Notes under the pieces: generated by a model | What the model saw: only the letters and a program-made list of their open reading frames with translations | The model's database searches: none | What the model was told of the DNA's origin: nothing | Program-made: the position numbers and the translations under genes | Part shown: piece by piece, positions 39,601 through 47,609 of the stretch | Layout: each line of letters starts with the position of its first letter | How positions within the stretch are numbered: position 1 is the stretch's first letter | NCBI GenBank assembly: GCA_021108075.1 | Contig: JAIORP010000068.1 | Coordinates: 10,594-74,593, forward strand | DNA length: 64,000 nt | Direction of reading: 5' to 3' | Origin: Candidatus Omnitrophota bacterium | GTDB taxonomy: Bacteria > Omnitrophota > Gorgyraeia > Zapsychrales > Zapsychraceae

Positions 39601-40043
39601 TGACAGGTGGTGGTGACACTGATCAATTAATTTCTGATTTAAAGCTTCAACCAAGCCATCGCACACTCGCGGGTGGCGCTTTTTTAAAATTTAAATCGGG
39701 AAAAGAACTTCCGGCGATAAGTCGTTTAGCTGAATCGAGAAAGCAACAAGGCGTTGGAGAAACAGATGGAGGTGACCGCGCGGTTTTAACTTCCGTGGCC
39801 AGTCCCGGTGGTATTGATTTTAATCCTAAAAATTTTGATATTCAATCTGAAGGGAAAGGGATGGATATCGACTTTGCCTTTGATCCGGCAAATTTTGAGA
39901 CAATGCCCGTAAATGGATTTATACCCGTTATTTTTCAAATCTCTCCGATTTCAAATTTCCCTTCATTATTGTTGGGTGTATCAGATCAAGAAGAAAAGCA
40001 GCAACTCACTCAACTCAAAAATTATACCAATTCCATCAAATAA
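36672..40043 (+). CDS. Exported modular protein: conserved N-terminal domain + unknown domain + phosphoglycerate kinase + GGID C-terminal tail
   Basis: Signal peptide ending AQA; N-domain shared with 40150. PGK motifs RVLIRLDINAP, AHQGRPG, GGAKISD, GGGDT, GGAFL..GKELPAI. Confidence 0.85.
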   Translation: MWNFIQNKKYYVYKQITALCIAVSFFGSTIFPVPLAQAQSVPATVGLDLPTPGTMVTLSPGFIPAVIKGVKIFPNQPLRFDFIVDPGDSGLKGTGLKSEANKLIKYFLAAITVPEDDMWVNLSPYEKDRIIAEGFGKTEMGRDLLAQDYILKQITASLMFPEEEIGNEFWDKVYQKAVDLYGTSEIPVNTFNKVWIIPEKAIVYENGDTVFVSESHLKVMLEEDYLALEYNSLNSENGTDQINKNDVEQPDDVSSSIIREIIIPELEKEVNTGKNFANLRQIFNSVILATWFKRNLKESLLGKVYMDQNKVEGVNTEDRQVNEKIYQQYLEAFKVGVYDFIKEDYDTTTQEVIPRKYFSGGALLALKNAYRKRDTSEGVAVSEDSIVAGVQLVAAPHSYANRAVRETGELPDVSNLDDYRNNLPQEVMDGVRRFLRSEKGLEVDEKFMRNIPIISRPGYLSKYGEFGHVGLGEMYGEIVIYLDSESFENITRLAHEIAEAFNFESGRRDLYVSSEFITQLREFVGEYATELESIGRNGQDAIQKFEAHLKNTPGKSFEPWMMRWWIWATSEGKEFADRSHDLSPSLAEEYEIAAQAGKLPTGLRFTPTQLDQVDRNVAAGNKSRQFLTLDDVKIRDKRVLIRLDINAPVSDGKIKPTERITASSETIREAAESGAKVAIIAHQGRPGDDDYMESLDQHAQLLSEKIGRPVRAINDLYGEEAQEAIRSLQSGEVIILGNVRPKEKDPEFVANLEPLFDFFIFDGFSVAHRDTNSVTGFKNIPNVAGRLMERELDGNQRFLTALEHPYVELLGGAKISDHVDALDYGLEQGLIDRVLTGGMLGQLLLLIDGYQLGEPTMKVLREQDVDESRPEGLLSLIPRIRDIYERHRDKFESPSDLAYEDADGERQEIAITDLGEDGAPFVIGDNGTETANRYADILREAKTGFVKGPQGNYKNDNFKKSSEITFGALADSGAFWMTGGGDTDQLISDLKLQPSHRTLAGGAFLKFKSGKELPAISRLAESRKQQGVGETDGGDRAVLTSVASPGGIDFNPKNFDIQSEGKGMDIDFAFDPANFETMPVNGFIPVIFQISPISNFPSLLLGVSDQEEKQQLTQLKNYTNSIK

Positions 40044-40125
40044 TGACCAAAGTCATAATGATATTCTCGCTAAATCGTCGAGAAAAGCAGAATTGGGTTT
40101 GGTCATTATTTGATGGAATTGGTAT
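40024..40125. repeat. MITE-like repeat, copy 6 (28-bp perfect terminal inverted repeats)
   Basis: ATACCAATTCCATCAAATAATGACCAAA ... TTTGGTCATTATTTGATGGAATTGGTAT; contains the stop codon of the 36672 gene. Confidence 0.9.
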
Positions 40126-40149
40126 TAGTATAAATTGTGAGGATTTTTT

Positions 40150-43100
40150 GTGCGCGCAAAGAAACCGAACCGTTGTTTTGCTTTTTTAATGATCCTGGCT
40201 TTCGGGGTCAATGGCCTCATGCCGTATGCCTACGCGCGAACACCGCTCAGCTTACCTGAACCCGGGGTGATGGTTTCGACCAGTCCGGCGTTTGTGCCGG
40301 TCTTAATCCGGGGCATGACCCTCCATCCCAAAGACCCGTTCCGCCTGGATTTTATTATGGATAGCGGGAATACCGGCCTAGAAAATGACGCGATGAAAGA
40401 AGAGTCACAAAAACTGATCAAATATTTTCTCGCCTCAATGACAATCCCGCAAAACCATTTATGGGTCAACCTTTCGCCTTATGAAGGCGATAAAATCATT
40501 CCACCCTCTTTGGGCCGGACCATGCTGGGCCGTGACCTGCTGGCTCAGGATTATCTCCTGAAACAATTAACCGCGACGCTGATGTACCCGGAAGAAGGAT
40601 TGGGCCAGGAATTTTGGGAAAGGATTTACCGCCAGGCAAAGGAGAAATTCGGAACAACCGACCTGCCGGTGAACACGTTTAACAAGGTTTGGATTTTGCC
40701 GCAGAGCGCGGATGTCTATGAGCATGGCCGGACGGTTTATATTGTGGACAGCCGACTGAAGGTCATGCTGGACAGCGATTACCAGGCCATGATGACAGGC
40801 CATGAGACAATTAAAAATGACGCGATGATGGAATTAGGGGAAACGATGATCCGTGAGGTTATTCTTCCCGAGATTGAAAGAGAAGTGAATGAAGGCAAGA
40901 ATTTCGCGCCCTTACGGCAGATTTACCATTCCTTGATTTTAGCGAAGTGGTATAAAGAAACGATCAAGGAAAGCATCCTGTCTCTGTCTTACGTGGACCA
41001 GCATAAAGTGAACGGCATTGAATGGAACGACCCGGCGTTTAAGGACCGGATCTATGCCCGATATATGCGGGCGTATCAAAAAGGTGTTTTTAATTATATC
41101 AAAGAAGATTATGACCGCTTAAGCCAGGAATTGATCCCCCGCAAATATTTTTCCGGCGGTTTTCAGGACCGGGCCATCGCCTTCAACCGGCCGCGGATTG
41201 CCAGAGAAGATATCAAACCCGTCGGTGATTATGCCATGTTGTCTGTGTCTTTGGACCAGGTGCCCTTGATTACCGTCAGGCAGGCGGGCTTGACAGGGGG
41301 GTATAAAGTCTCAGGGGCCATAGAACTGGATGAGCAAAAACAAATGCTTTCGTTTGAGGGACTGCGCGATGAGAAGTCTGTTTCTGAAAGGGTCGAACTG
41401 CTCATTCAAAAACGCTTGACAAAAAGAGACGTGCTGGACAAAATCAGCCGTTACGCCGGGCATGAAATGATTGACGCGATGATCGCCTGGTTTATGGATG
41501 AGTCGACCATGAACGATATTGTTATTCTTCAACCGAACGCCCTGGGTGTTCACACGGTTTTTGACGTGCGCGTGCTGGCTGTTTCAGAAAATTTTGAAGA
41601 CGAAGGTCTTGTTTTTCTGCATGAAATCGGCCTGGCCATGGGACAAACCGCGGATTTAAACACGGTCCTGGAGGTCGTTGATGATAAAACCACAACACAT
41701 CCGCTCAAATTATCACCCGATAAAATTGTTCAGGACTATCTCGAGGATAAAGCGTGGTACGACCGGCATGTGCAGGTGACAGACAAGCAGGGCGTGAAAC
41801 TGCACTATGCTTTGCGGGCATTGTTCCGTGAACAGTTTTTTCTGGACGATATGGACCTGACGCACCGGATCAAAGTGGCTTTTGAATTTGCTGATGAGAA
41901 GTTGCGCGCGGATGGCGAAGATGTGGACCAGGAAAAACTTTTACAGGAATTAACGGATAAATACAATCGAATCAGCGCGGCCAAATGGGGAGAGAATCAA
42001 AGACAATCCTCGTGGTTTTTAAGGCTGCGGGATGCTAAAGAACGGGTTCTCGCGGCAAGAGACATTTCCTCCTCGCGGGTCGTTGATGAGATCCTCAGTT
42101 TTTATCTCAAGGCCACAGATCCTCAAGAGCCGGTTGAGCGCTATGAACCTTTTAATGCCTTTATCTCGACGACGTTTCAAGGGCGGAAACGGGAAGTGCT
42201 GGTGCCTGTTGTTAAGGAATTATATGGGATGATCATGTATGACAGCGTCTATGTCGACCAGAGAGTCCTATTAATATCGTTGATGTCAAATATTATGGCG
42301 GGTATATTTGAACTGGACCAGTCCATCGTGTCTGGGTTTGAAGTGCTTCTCTTGCGGGATATCCGGCGGTTTGTTTCCGATGAGGTTTTTGTCGCGCCCC
42401 ATCAAGTTAAGGGTATTGATCATTTAGAACGGTATTTTAAAATTGTGCCCGGAAAAGAGTCGTTTCGGACAGTCGTTCAAAAGGCGGCCTTTAGATTGCT
42501 GGGACGACAGCCGTCTGTATTGAGCGTGCCGCAACCGAGGTTGTATTTCCGTGAAGATTTTTTTAAAAAAGTCAGGGAGCAAAGAGATGTGGCTATAAAA
42601 AAACACTTGATCCGGGCGCATAAACAGGCGCATTTGTTTAGAAACGCTATTCGGTCTTTGAGCAACAGTCTGGTCGCGCGTGAGCGGGTCGGCACCCGGC
42701 GGCGCAAATTTACGCTCAGGGAAAACGCGGGTCTGCACATGGATGGATTGTTGCGTCAATTTCAGGAGACGAAAGACGCGGGGAAAAAGGTGTTTTTGGC
42801 AGAGCTTTTATTCTCGTGGTCGGGTTCAGGGCATGAATTTTGGAACAAAGGTAATGCCGGGACCTATCTGGAAGACCTGATGAAATTATTGCCTCAAACA
42901 AAAACAGTCATGCAGAAAAGATCTCTCTTGCAGCAGGCCTTAGGGTTGCCGGTGATGACGATGGAACGGTCCTTGCGGCAGCGCTTTGTCGACTTTGTGT
43001 CCGGGGAACTGGCCGGATTGTTTTCTAAGGTGACGGAATTGGGCGTCGACATTGACCAGGATTTTCAGGACCTGGACGAACGTTATCCGGATGGTTATGA

Positions 43101-44934
43101 TCCTTTAAAAGATAAAGGGCTGGATGATAAGGTTTATGAGCAGCACAATTTGATGGTTGACATTCATCTGCGGATGTGGATATTGACAAAACTGGCGTTA
43201 GAGGGCATGAAGAGCCCGGACACGTCCTCAATCGGTCATGGCATCATACAAAATTTATGGGAGAGCGTTAATAACAGGCCATGGGACAAGAATATCAAAT
43301 CGATGATGATGACACATTTGGAGCCGTTTATTGTTCAAGGCGGATTTGTTTCCGATCGAAGCTTCGCGTCCGTGGTTCGTCCGTCGGATGAATTTTTTTC
43401 TGAGTTAAAGCGTGCCGGGTATCTGAATTGGAATGGGATGATCACGAATCAATTTGTGCGCTTAAAAAGTTCAGCGGAAATGGACCTGCCCGAAAAATAC
43501 CGGGATTTGAAAGAGAGCATTTATCAGGTATTTCAAGAGGCCTTAGACCGGTCAAATCCCGCTGTTGATTCTGCGTTCGCGGAATTGAAATCCCGGATCG
43601 ACCCGGGGCTGGTGAACACGGTGGAACGCGTTGTTTACGGCCGGGCGGAAGAATTTTCGGACGCCATTGTTTCTATTCTGGAGCAAAATGTCCTCAATGA
43701 TAATGTGACTTTTTTTATTTTAATGCGTCATAGTATGGACGAGCAATTGCTCGAAAGAATCGTTTTTAATGAGAATATCCGGATCGAAACCCGGCTGTAT
43801 GCCGCTTCCTGGCTTTTTCCGTCGATGACAACCGGGCGGGCCGCGCGATTGGTTGAGAGCCTCGCGGATGAAACAGAAGCGTTCATCCGCCGGACGATCA
43901 GAGATAATAACCGGGTCCGGTCTTTATTTGATAATGAGCTTTTACAGGATGAAGAAATCAAGGTTTACATGTTAGGCATGCTGATTGACACGCGGCGGCA
44001 TTTAACCCCGATGTCGATGAAGGCTTTTATCTCCATCTCCCGACGGATCCGTTCGGCCGAGGCCTTCGCGTATTTAAACAACGCGAACGCTTATTTCACG
44101 TTCGGGGGGAAGATTTTAGCCGGAACAACAGAACCGGCGGCATTGTTTTATGAAATTCTGAGCCACGAAATATTGCACGCCATTTTGCAAGAGGAACACG
44201 GTTACCGCGGCCAGACGCTCAAAGATTTCACGTTGGAGGAAATGTTGTCTGACATCCACAGTTATATGTTCGCCGACCGGATGGGCATCGAAGATAGTTA
44301 CCGCATTGACGCGGCCAAAATCGATAATTTTTTCAAGGCCGTTAAAGGGAATGATTATTTTACGGTAGAGAGCCATGAGGGCGCGCGGGCCCAGCTGAAA
44401 ATTTTGATAGAACGCCTGGAGGAACTCGGGATCAGTCTACATTGGCAGACGCTGTTAAGGATCGGTATCGCGATGATCCGGGATCCTCTGGTGCGGGAGC
44501 GGTCTCTGGAAGAGACGGTCTCCATCTGGGTTAAGACCGCGTTTTTCGAGCGGCATGGTTTCGCCCGGGTCAAACACAATGAGTTTTATCAGCGTTTTTT
44601 TGATGCCCCGGCGAGCAGTGACGCCGATAAGGATAGAATAAAGATTCTGGACGGCGAGGGCGTTGATAGGGCATTGGACCAGGACAGGGCGATGCTTCCG
44701 GGCGAGGAAGAGGTCGGAGGGATAGACCTGCAGGGCATTGACGTGAACCGTCAGGGCGAGGGGTTTGAGATTCAATTTGATCCGGCATCATTCCGGCAAA
44801 ACGGGGGTCAGGGCATCAACGGGCTTACGCCTGTCATTATCAATGTCACGCCCATTCAGAATATCCTGCCGCTGCTCGGCCTGGGGTCGGACAATGTGTC
44901 TGGATCGCTGGAGCTTTCGCAAAGCAGGGATTAG
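40150..44934 (+). CDS. Exported modular protein (paralog of 36672) with an unrelated middle containing a HExxH motif
   Basis: Signal peptide ending AYA; shared N-domain (WVNLSPYE, GRDLLAQDY, PVNTFNKVWI, RKYFSGG); HEILH..EE; C-tail GGIDL...GLTPVIINVTPI. Confidence 0.82.
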   Translation: MRAKKPNRCFAFLMILAFGVNGLMPYAYARTPLSLPEPGVMVSTSPAFVPVLIRGMTLHPKDPFRLDFIMDSGNTGLENDAMKEESQKLIKYFLASMTIPQNHLWVNLSPYEGDKIIPPSLGRTMLGRDLLAQDYLLKQLTATLMYPEEGLGQEFWERIYRQAKEKFGTTDLPVNTFNKVWILPQSADVYEHGRTVYIVDSRLKVMLDSDYQAMMTGHETIKNDAMMELGETMIREVILPEIEREVNEGKNFAPLRQIYHSLILAKWYKETIKESILSLSYVDQHKVNGIEWNDPAFKDRIYARYMRAYQKGVFNYIKEDYDRLSQELIPRKYFSGGFQDRAIAFNRPRIAREDIKPVGDYAMLSVSLDQVPLITVRQAGLTGGYKVSGAIELDEQKQMLSFEGLRDEKSVSERVELLIQKRLTKRDVLDKISRYAGHEMIDAMIAWFMDESTMNDIVILQPNALGVHTVFDVRVLAVSENFEDEGLVFLHEIGLAMGQTADLNTVLEVVDDKTTTHPLKLSPDKIVQDYLEDKAWYDRHVQVTDKQGVKLHYALRALFREQFFLDDMDLTHRIKVAFEFADEKLRADGEDVDQEKLLQELTDKYNRISAAKWGENQRQSSWFLRLRDAKERVLAARDISSSRVVDEILSFYLKATDPQEPVERYEPFNAFISTTFQGRKREVLVPVVKELYGMIMYDSVYVDQRVLLISLMSNIMAGIFELDQSIVSGFEVLLLRDIRRFVSDEVFVAPHQVKGIDHLERYFKIVPGKESFRTVVQKAAFRLLGRQPSVLSVPQPRLYFREDFFKKVREQRDVAIKKHLIRAHKQAHLFRNAIRSLSNSLVARERVGTRRRKFTLRENAGLHMDGLLRQFQETKDAGKKVFLAELLFSWSGSGHEFWNKGNAGTYLEDLMKLLPQTKTVMQKRSLLQQALGLPVMTMERSLRQRFVDFVSGELAGLFSKVTELGVDIDQDFQDLDERYPDGYDPLKDKGLDDKVYEQHNLMVDIHLRMWILTKLALEGMKSPDTSSIGHGIIQNLWESVNNRPWDKNIKSMMMTHLEPFIVQGGFVSDRSFASVVRPSDEFFSELKRAGYLNWNGMITNQFVRLKSSAEMDLPEKYRDLKESIYQVFQEALDRSNPAVDSAFAELKSRIDPGLVNTVERVVYGRAEEFSDAIVSILEQNVLNDNVTFFILMRHSMDEQLLERIVFNENIRIETRLYAASWLFPSMTTGRAARLVESLADETEAFIRRTIRDNNRVRSLFDNELLQDEEIKVYMLGMLIDTRRHLTPMSMKAFISISRRIRSAEAFAYLNNANAYFTFGGKILAGTTEPAALFYEILSHEILHAILQEEHGYRGQTLKDFTLEEMLSDIHSYMFADRMGIEDSYRIDAAKIDNFFKAVKGNDYFTVESHEGARAQLKILIERLEELGISLHWQTLLRIGIAMIRDPLVRERSLEETVSIWVKTAFFERHGFARVKHNEFYQRFFDAPASSDADKDRIKILDGEGVDRALDQDRAMLPGEEEVGGIDLQGIDVNRQGEGFEIQFDPASFRQNGGQGINGLTPVIINVTPIQNILPLLGLGSDNVSGSLELSQSRD

Positions 44935-45080
44935 CCTTCCGTTATAGCGTTCATTTTTGTGTTTATACATGTATTGTTGCTAAGTTCTATCCTCTGGTCG
45001 GGAACGGATACACGGACAGGGAAAATTTTTTTGACGGCAGGGAAAAAAGGGTTTACTTGGAGTGTTTTTTATGTATAATA

Positions 45081-45162
45081 ATACCAATTCCATTAAATAA
45101 TGACCAAAATCAATTCTGCTTTTCAGAATTAAGATAGAACAATTTATTAATGGATTTGGTAT
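45081..45162 (+). repeat. MITE-like repeat, copy 7
   Basis: Near-identical to 25398-25479; immediately after TATAAT (45074-45079) upstream of the tRNA. Confidence 0.9.
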
Positions 45163-45242
45163 TATACAACCTTGAGCGATAGTAGCGTGCCTGTGATCGC
45201 TTCAGGACATTGTCAGAAAAAATATTGGTAAGAAATAAATTT

Positions 45243-45317
45243 GGGGTTGTAGTTCAGCCTGGTTAGAACGCCTGCCTGTCACGCAGGAGGTCGCGAGTTC
45301 GAATCTCGTCAACCCCG
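45243..45317 (+). tRNA. tRNA-Asp (GTC), CCA not encoded
   Basis: Acceptor stem GGGGTTG/CAACCCC; anticodon arm CCTGC-CTGTCAC-GCAGG; T-arm GCGAG-TTCGAAT-CTCGT; discriminator G. Confidence 0.97.
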
Positions 45318-45324
45318 TTTTTTT

Positions 45325-45355
45325 AAAAGCCCAAATTAATAATTTGGGCTTTTTT
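45325..45355 (+). terminator. Intrinsic terminator after tRNA-Asp
   Basis: AAAAGCCCAAATT-AAT-AATTTGGGCTTTTTT. Confidence 0.85.
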
Positions 45356-45682
45356 GTCGACGATAACCCGCTCCTTAATTTTTGCACTTAGGATTACTTT
45401 CAAGCTTTCTGCTGTGCCCTCAATTACCACATTTTGCTACATTTTACCCTTCCAAATGGCACCAAAATGGCACCACTTTTTTCAATCCCTTCTTAGCGCC
45501 TAAAATAAGCATCAAATGTCAAAATATAGATCCCCATTATAATGCTAGCTAGGTTTTGGTTGGTGCTAAATCTTGTCATCTATGCAGATAAACTAATATG
45601 GCTAGATATTCAATAAACTGACTTTTTGGGATACCTTGCGACGAGTCAAGTCATTGACAATAATATGACTGAAGGATAGAAT
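45356..45682 (+). repeat. Module left arm, copy 1 (ends in a promoter)
   Basis: Colinear with 49924-50249 and 52079-52405; tandem repeats ACCACATTTTGCTACATTTT and AAATGGCACCAAAATGGCACC. Confidence 0.93.
45654..45682 (+). promoter_or_regulatory. Sigma70 promoter of module 1 (Pc-like)
   Basis: TTGACA-N17-TAGAAT. Confidence 0.8.
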
Positions 45683-45893
45683 GGTTGTATATTTTTTAGG
45701 GGGGAACCTATTTTATAAATGTCTATTTATGTCGGGAATGATATCCAGCCCCGCAGGATGAACTGCTTCAACGACTGTCCTGCGAATAGCTATTACCGAT
45801 AAAAAGCGACATTTTTTATCGGTTTATGCCATAAAAAATGTAAATTTTAAACGATGGAAATGAAATTAAACCAGCTATGTCCGGTTGATCCAG

Positions 45894-45925
45894 TAAACCG
45901 GACAGTCGTATATTAAATGTTATCT
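45894..45925 (+). other. attI-like integron recombination site, module 1
   Basis: CGTATAT-TAAAT-GTTATCT. GTTATCT is complementary to R'' AGATAAC of the next attC; similar to 52591-52622. Confidence 0.65.
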
Positions 45926-46091
45926 TCAAGTAAATGAAGAATGAGGCGTGAAGAAATTCCCATGTTTTGTTCGAAGCATCGTTGGTTACGGGAGAAAATA
46001 TTGGTAGCGGAGGCAGCCTGATTCGGAATGGGGGATTTGTTGCGAGGGTGTTACTAGATCCAACAACAGTAAAATTAAAGAAATTTAGTTA

Positions 46092-47177
46092 TATAGATAG
46101 TTTCATGAAATTTGCAATATAGCTTGACGAGAACATAACGAATCTATAAGCTGAATACAATGAACGCTATTAAAAGCTCGACGTATTCAACATATGAGGT
46201 TCGAGAGAGAGCCGTTAAAGCTGTGCTATTGGGGCAACAAAAGGTAGCTGTCGCTAAAGCATATCAGGTTGACTACTCTACACTGTTTCGTTGGTGCCAA
46301 CGTTATGAAGGCACTAAAAAATTTTCAGCATTAGCACGTCAGCCTGGTAGCGGACGTCCTAATCTTTTAGATATTCAAACACGAGAAAATTTTCTTAAAA
46401 TTATTACTCAGCCAGCCTCTGAATTTGGATATGAAACTGACTTCTGGACATGTCGCAGGTTAATGCAAATTACTGAACAACGATTAAAGATTAAGGTTTC
46501 TAAGCCAACAATGTGGCGGATATTACGCGATATAGGTTTAACTTACCAAAAACCTGAACGCCGATATTTTGAAACTAATGATAAACTACGAAAAAAATGG
46601 CTTCGTTATGAAGTCCCAAAGATTAAGCGTTCTGTAAAAAAATATCGAGCCATTCTCTATTTTCAGGATGAGTCACATATTTCTTTGACGACGGTATTAG
46701 GAAAGACATGGGCTCCAAAAGGTCAAACGCCAATGCAACGAGTTACTGGTAATCGCGGTGGTTTTGCGGCTATGTCAGCAATTAGCCAAGTTGGAAAATT
46801 AATTTTTCGACTTCATCAAAAACGCATTACTTCTGTAGAAGTTATTGATTTTCTTAAACAGATGCTTAAGCATCATAAATATCGAAATGTAGTAGTGGTC
46901 ATGGATCAAGCTAGACCACATGTATCAAAGAAAACACAAGCATTTATCAAAGAACAGAAAAGATTGCATGTTTTTTATTTGCCATCTCGTTCTCCGGATT
47001 TGAATCCAGATGAACAGGTTTGGAATCATTTGAAACATCAAGAACTCAAAGGCAATGCATCCAGAACAAAAAAAGAACTTAAAAATTTAACCAATAGGAA
47101 GTCCCGAAATCCAGAATTACTAAATGGTATTTTCTTTAGATCCTGCATGGCAAGCTTCTTAAACTAAGCAACCTGTA
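46092..47177 (+). mobile_element. IS630-family insertion sequence (ends approximate)
   Basis: Carries an IS630 transposase; TA dinucleotides and imperfect inverted repeats at both flanks; sits inside an integron cassette. Confidence 0.75.
46160..47167 (+). CDS. IS630-family transposase
   Basis: N-terminal HTH, GSGRP, WT, YFQDES, VVMDQARPH, YLPSRSPDLNPDEQVW. Confidence 0.95.
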   Translation: MNAIKSSTYSTYEVRERAVKAVLLGQQKVAVAKAYQVDYSTLFRWCQRYEGTKKFSALARQPGSGRPNLLDIQTRENFLKIITQPASEFGYETDFWTCRRLMQITEQRLKIKVSKPTMWRILRDIGLTYQKPERRYFETNDKLRKKWLRYEVPKIKRSVKKYRAILYFQDESHISLTTVLGKTWAPKGQTPMQRVTGNRGGFAAMSAISQVGKLIFRLHQKRITSVEVIDFLKQMLKHHKYRNVVVVMDQARPHVSKKTQAFIKEQKRLHVFYLPSRSPDLNPDEQVWNHLKHQELKGNASRTKKELKNLTNRKSRNPELLNGIFFRSCMASFLN

Positions 47178-47288
47178 AATATTTCTCGTCGGATTCTTAA
47201 TAGCGTTCTCTATTTTCAACGTCTTTTTAATTTCTCCTCCGTCGAGGCATATTGCAGATTTTTTGAAATTATCTATAACACAATAAAA

Positions 47289-47366
47289 AGATAACAACTC
47301 GCTCCATCGGGCAGTCCTGCGCCACCTTCGTCGGCTTGTTCTGCCGATGAGCTCAAGGCGTTATAT
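47289..47366 (+). other. attC site
   Basis: R'' AGATAAC, L'' GCTCCATC / L' GATGAGC with extrahelical C, R' GTTATAT. Confidence 0.88.
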
Positions 47367-47609
47367 TCAAATAAATGAAAAATGGTGCGTGAAGAAATTC
47401 CCATATTTCGTTCGAAGCAATGTTGGTGGTGGGAGAATGACGTTGTCTCAGAATCCTAACCCACCAAATGGACTAGTTTTGGGGGAAAGGTCATATTATG
47501 GATAGAAAAAGTTCTAAAAATAGAACAGGTTTTTGGGGATTTATTTTTTGCACAGGCATTGAACCAACGAGCGCAATATATAAACTTTTCCTTATAAAAA
47601 GGCATTTAC

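Noticed and set aside
1083-45162. ATACCAATTCCATTAAATAATG repeats as a CRISPR array
   Set aside because: Copies are kilobases apart, in both orientations, with terminal inverted repeats and no spacers; no cas genes are present.
45202-45387. 61-aa minus-strand ORF
   Set aside because: It is the antisense reading of tRNA-Asp and its terminator.
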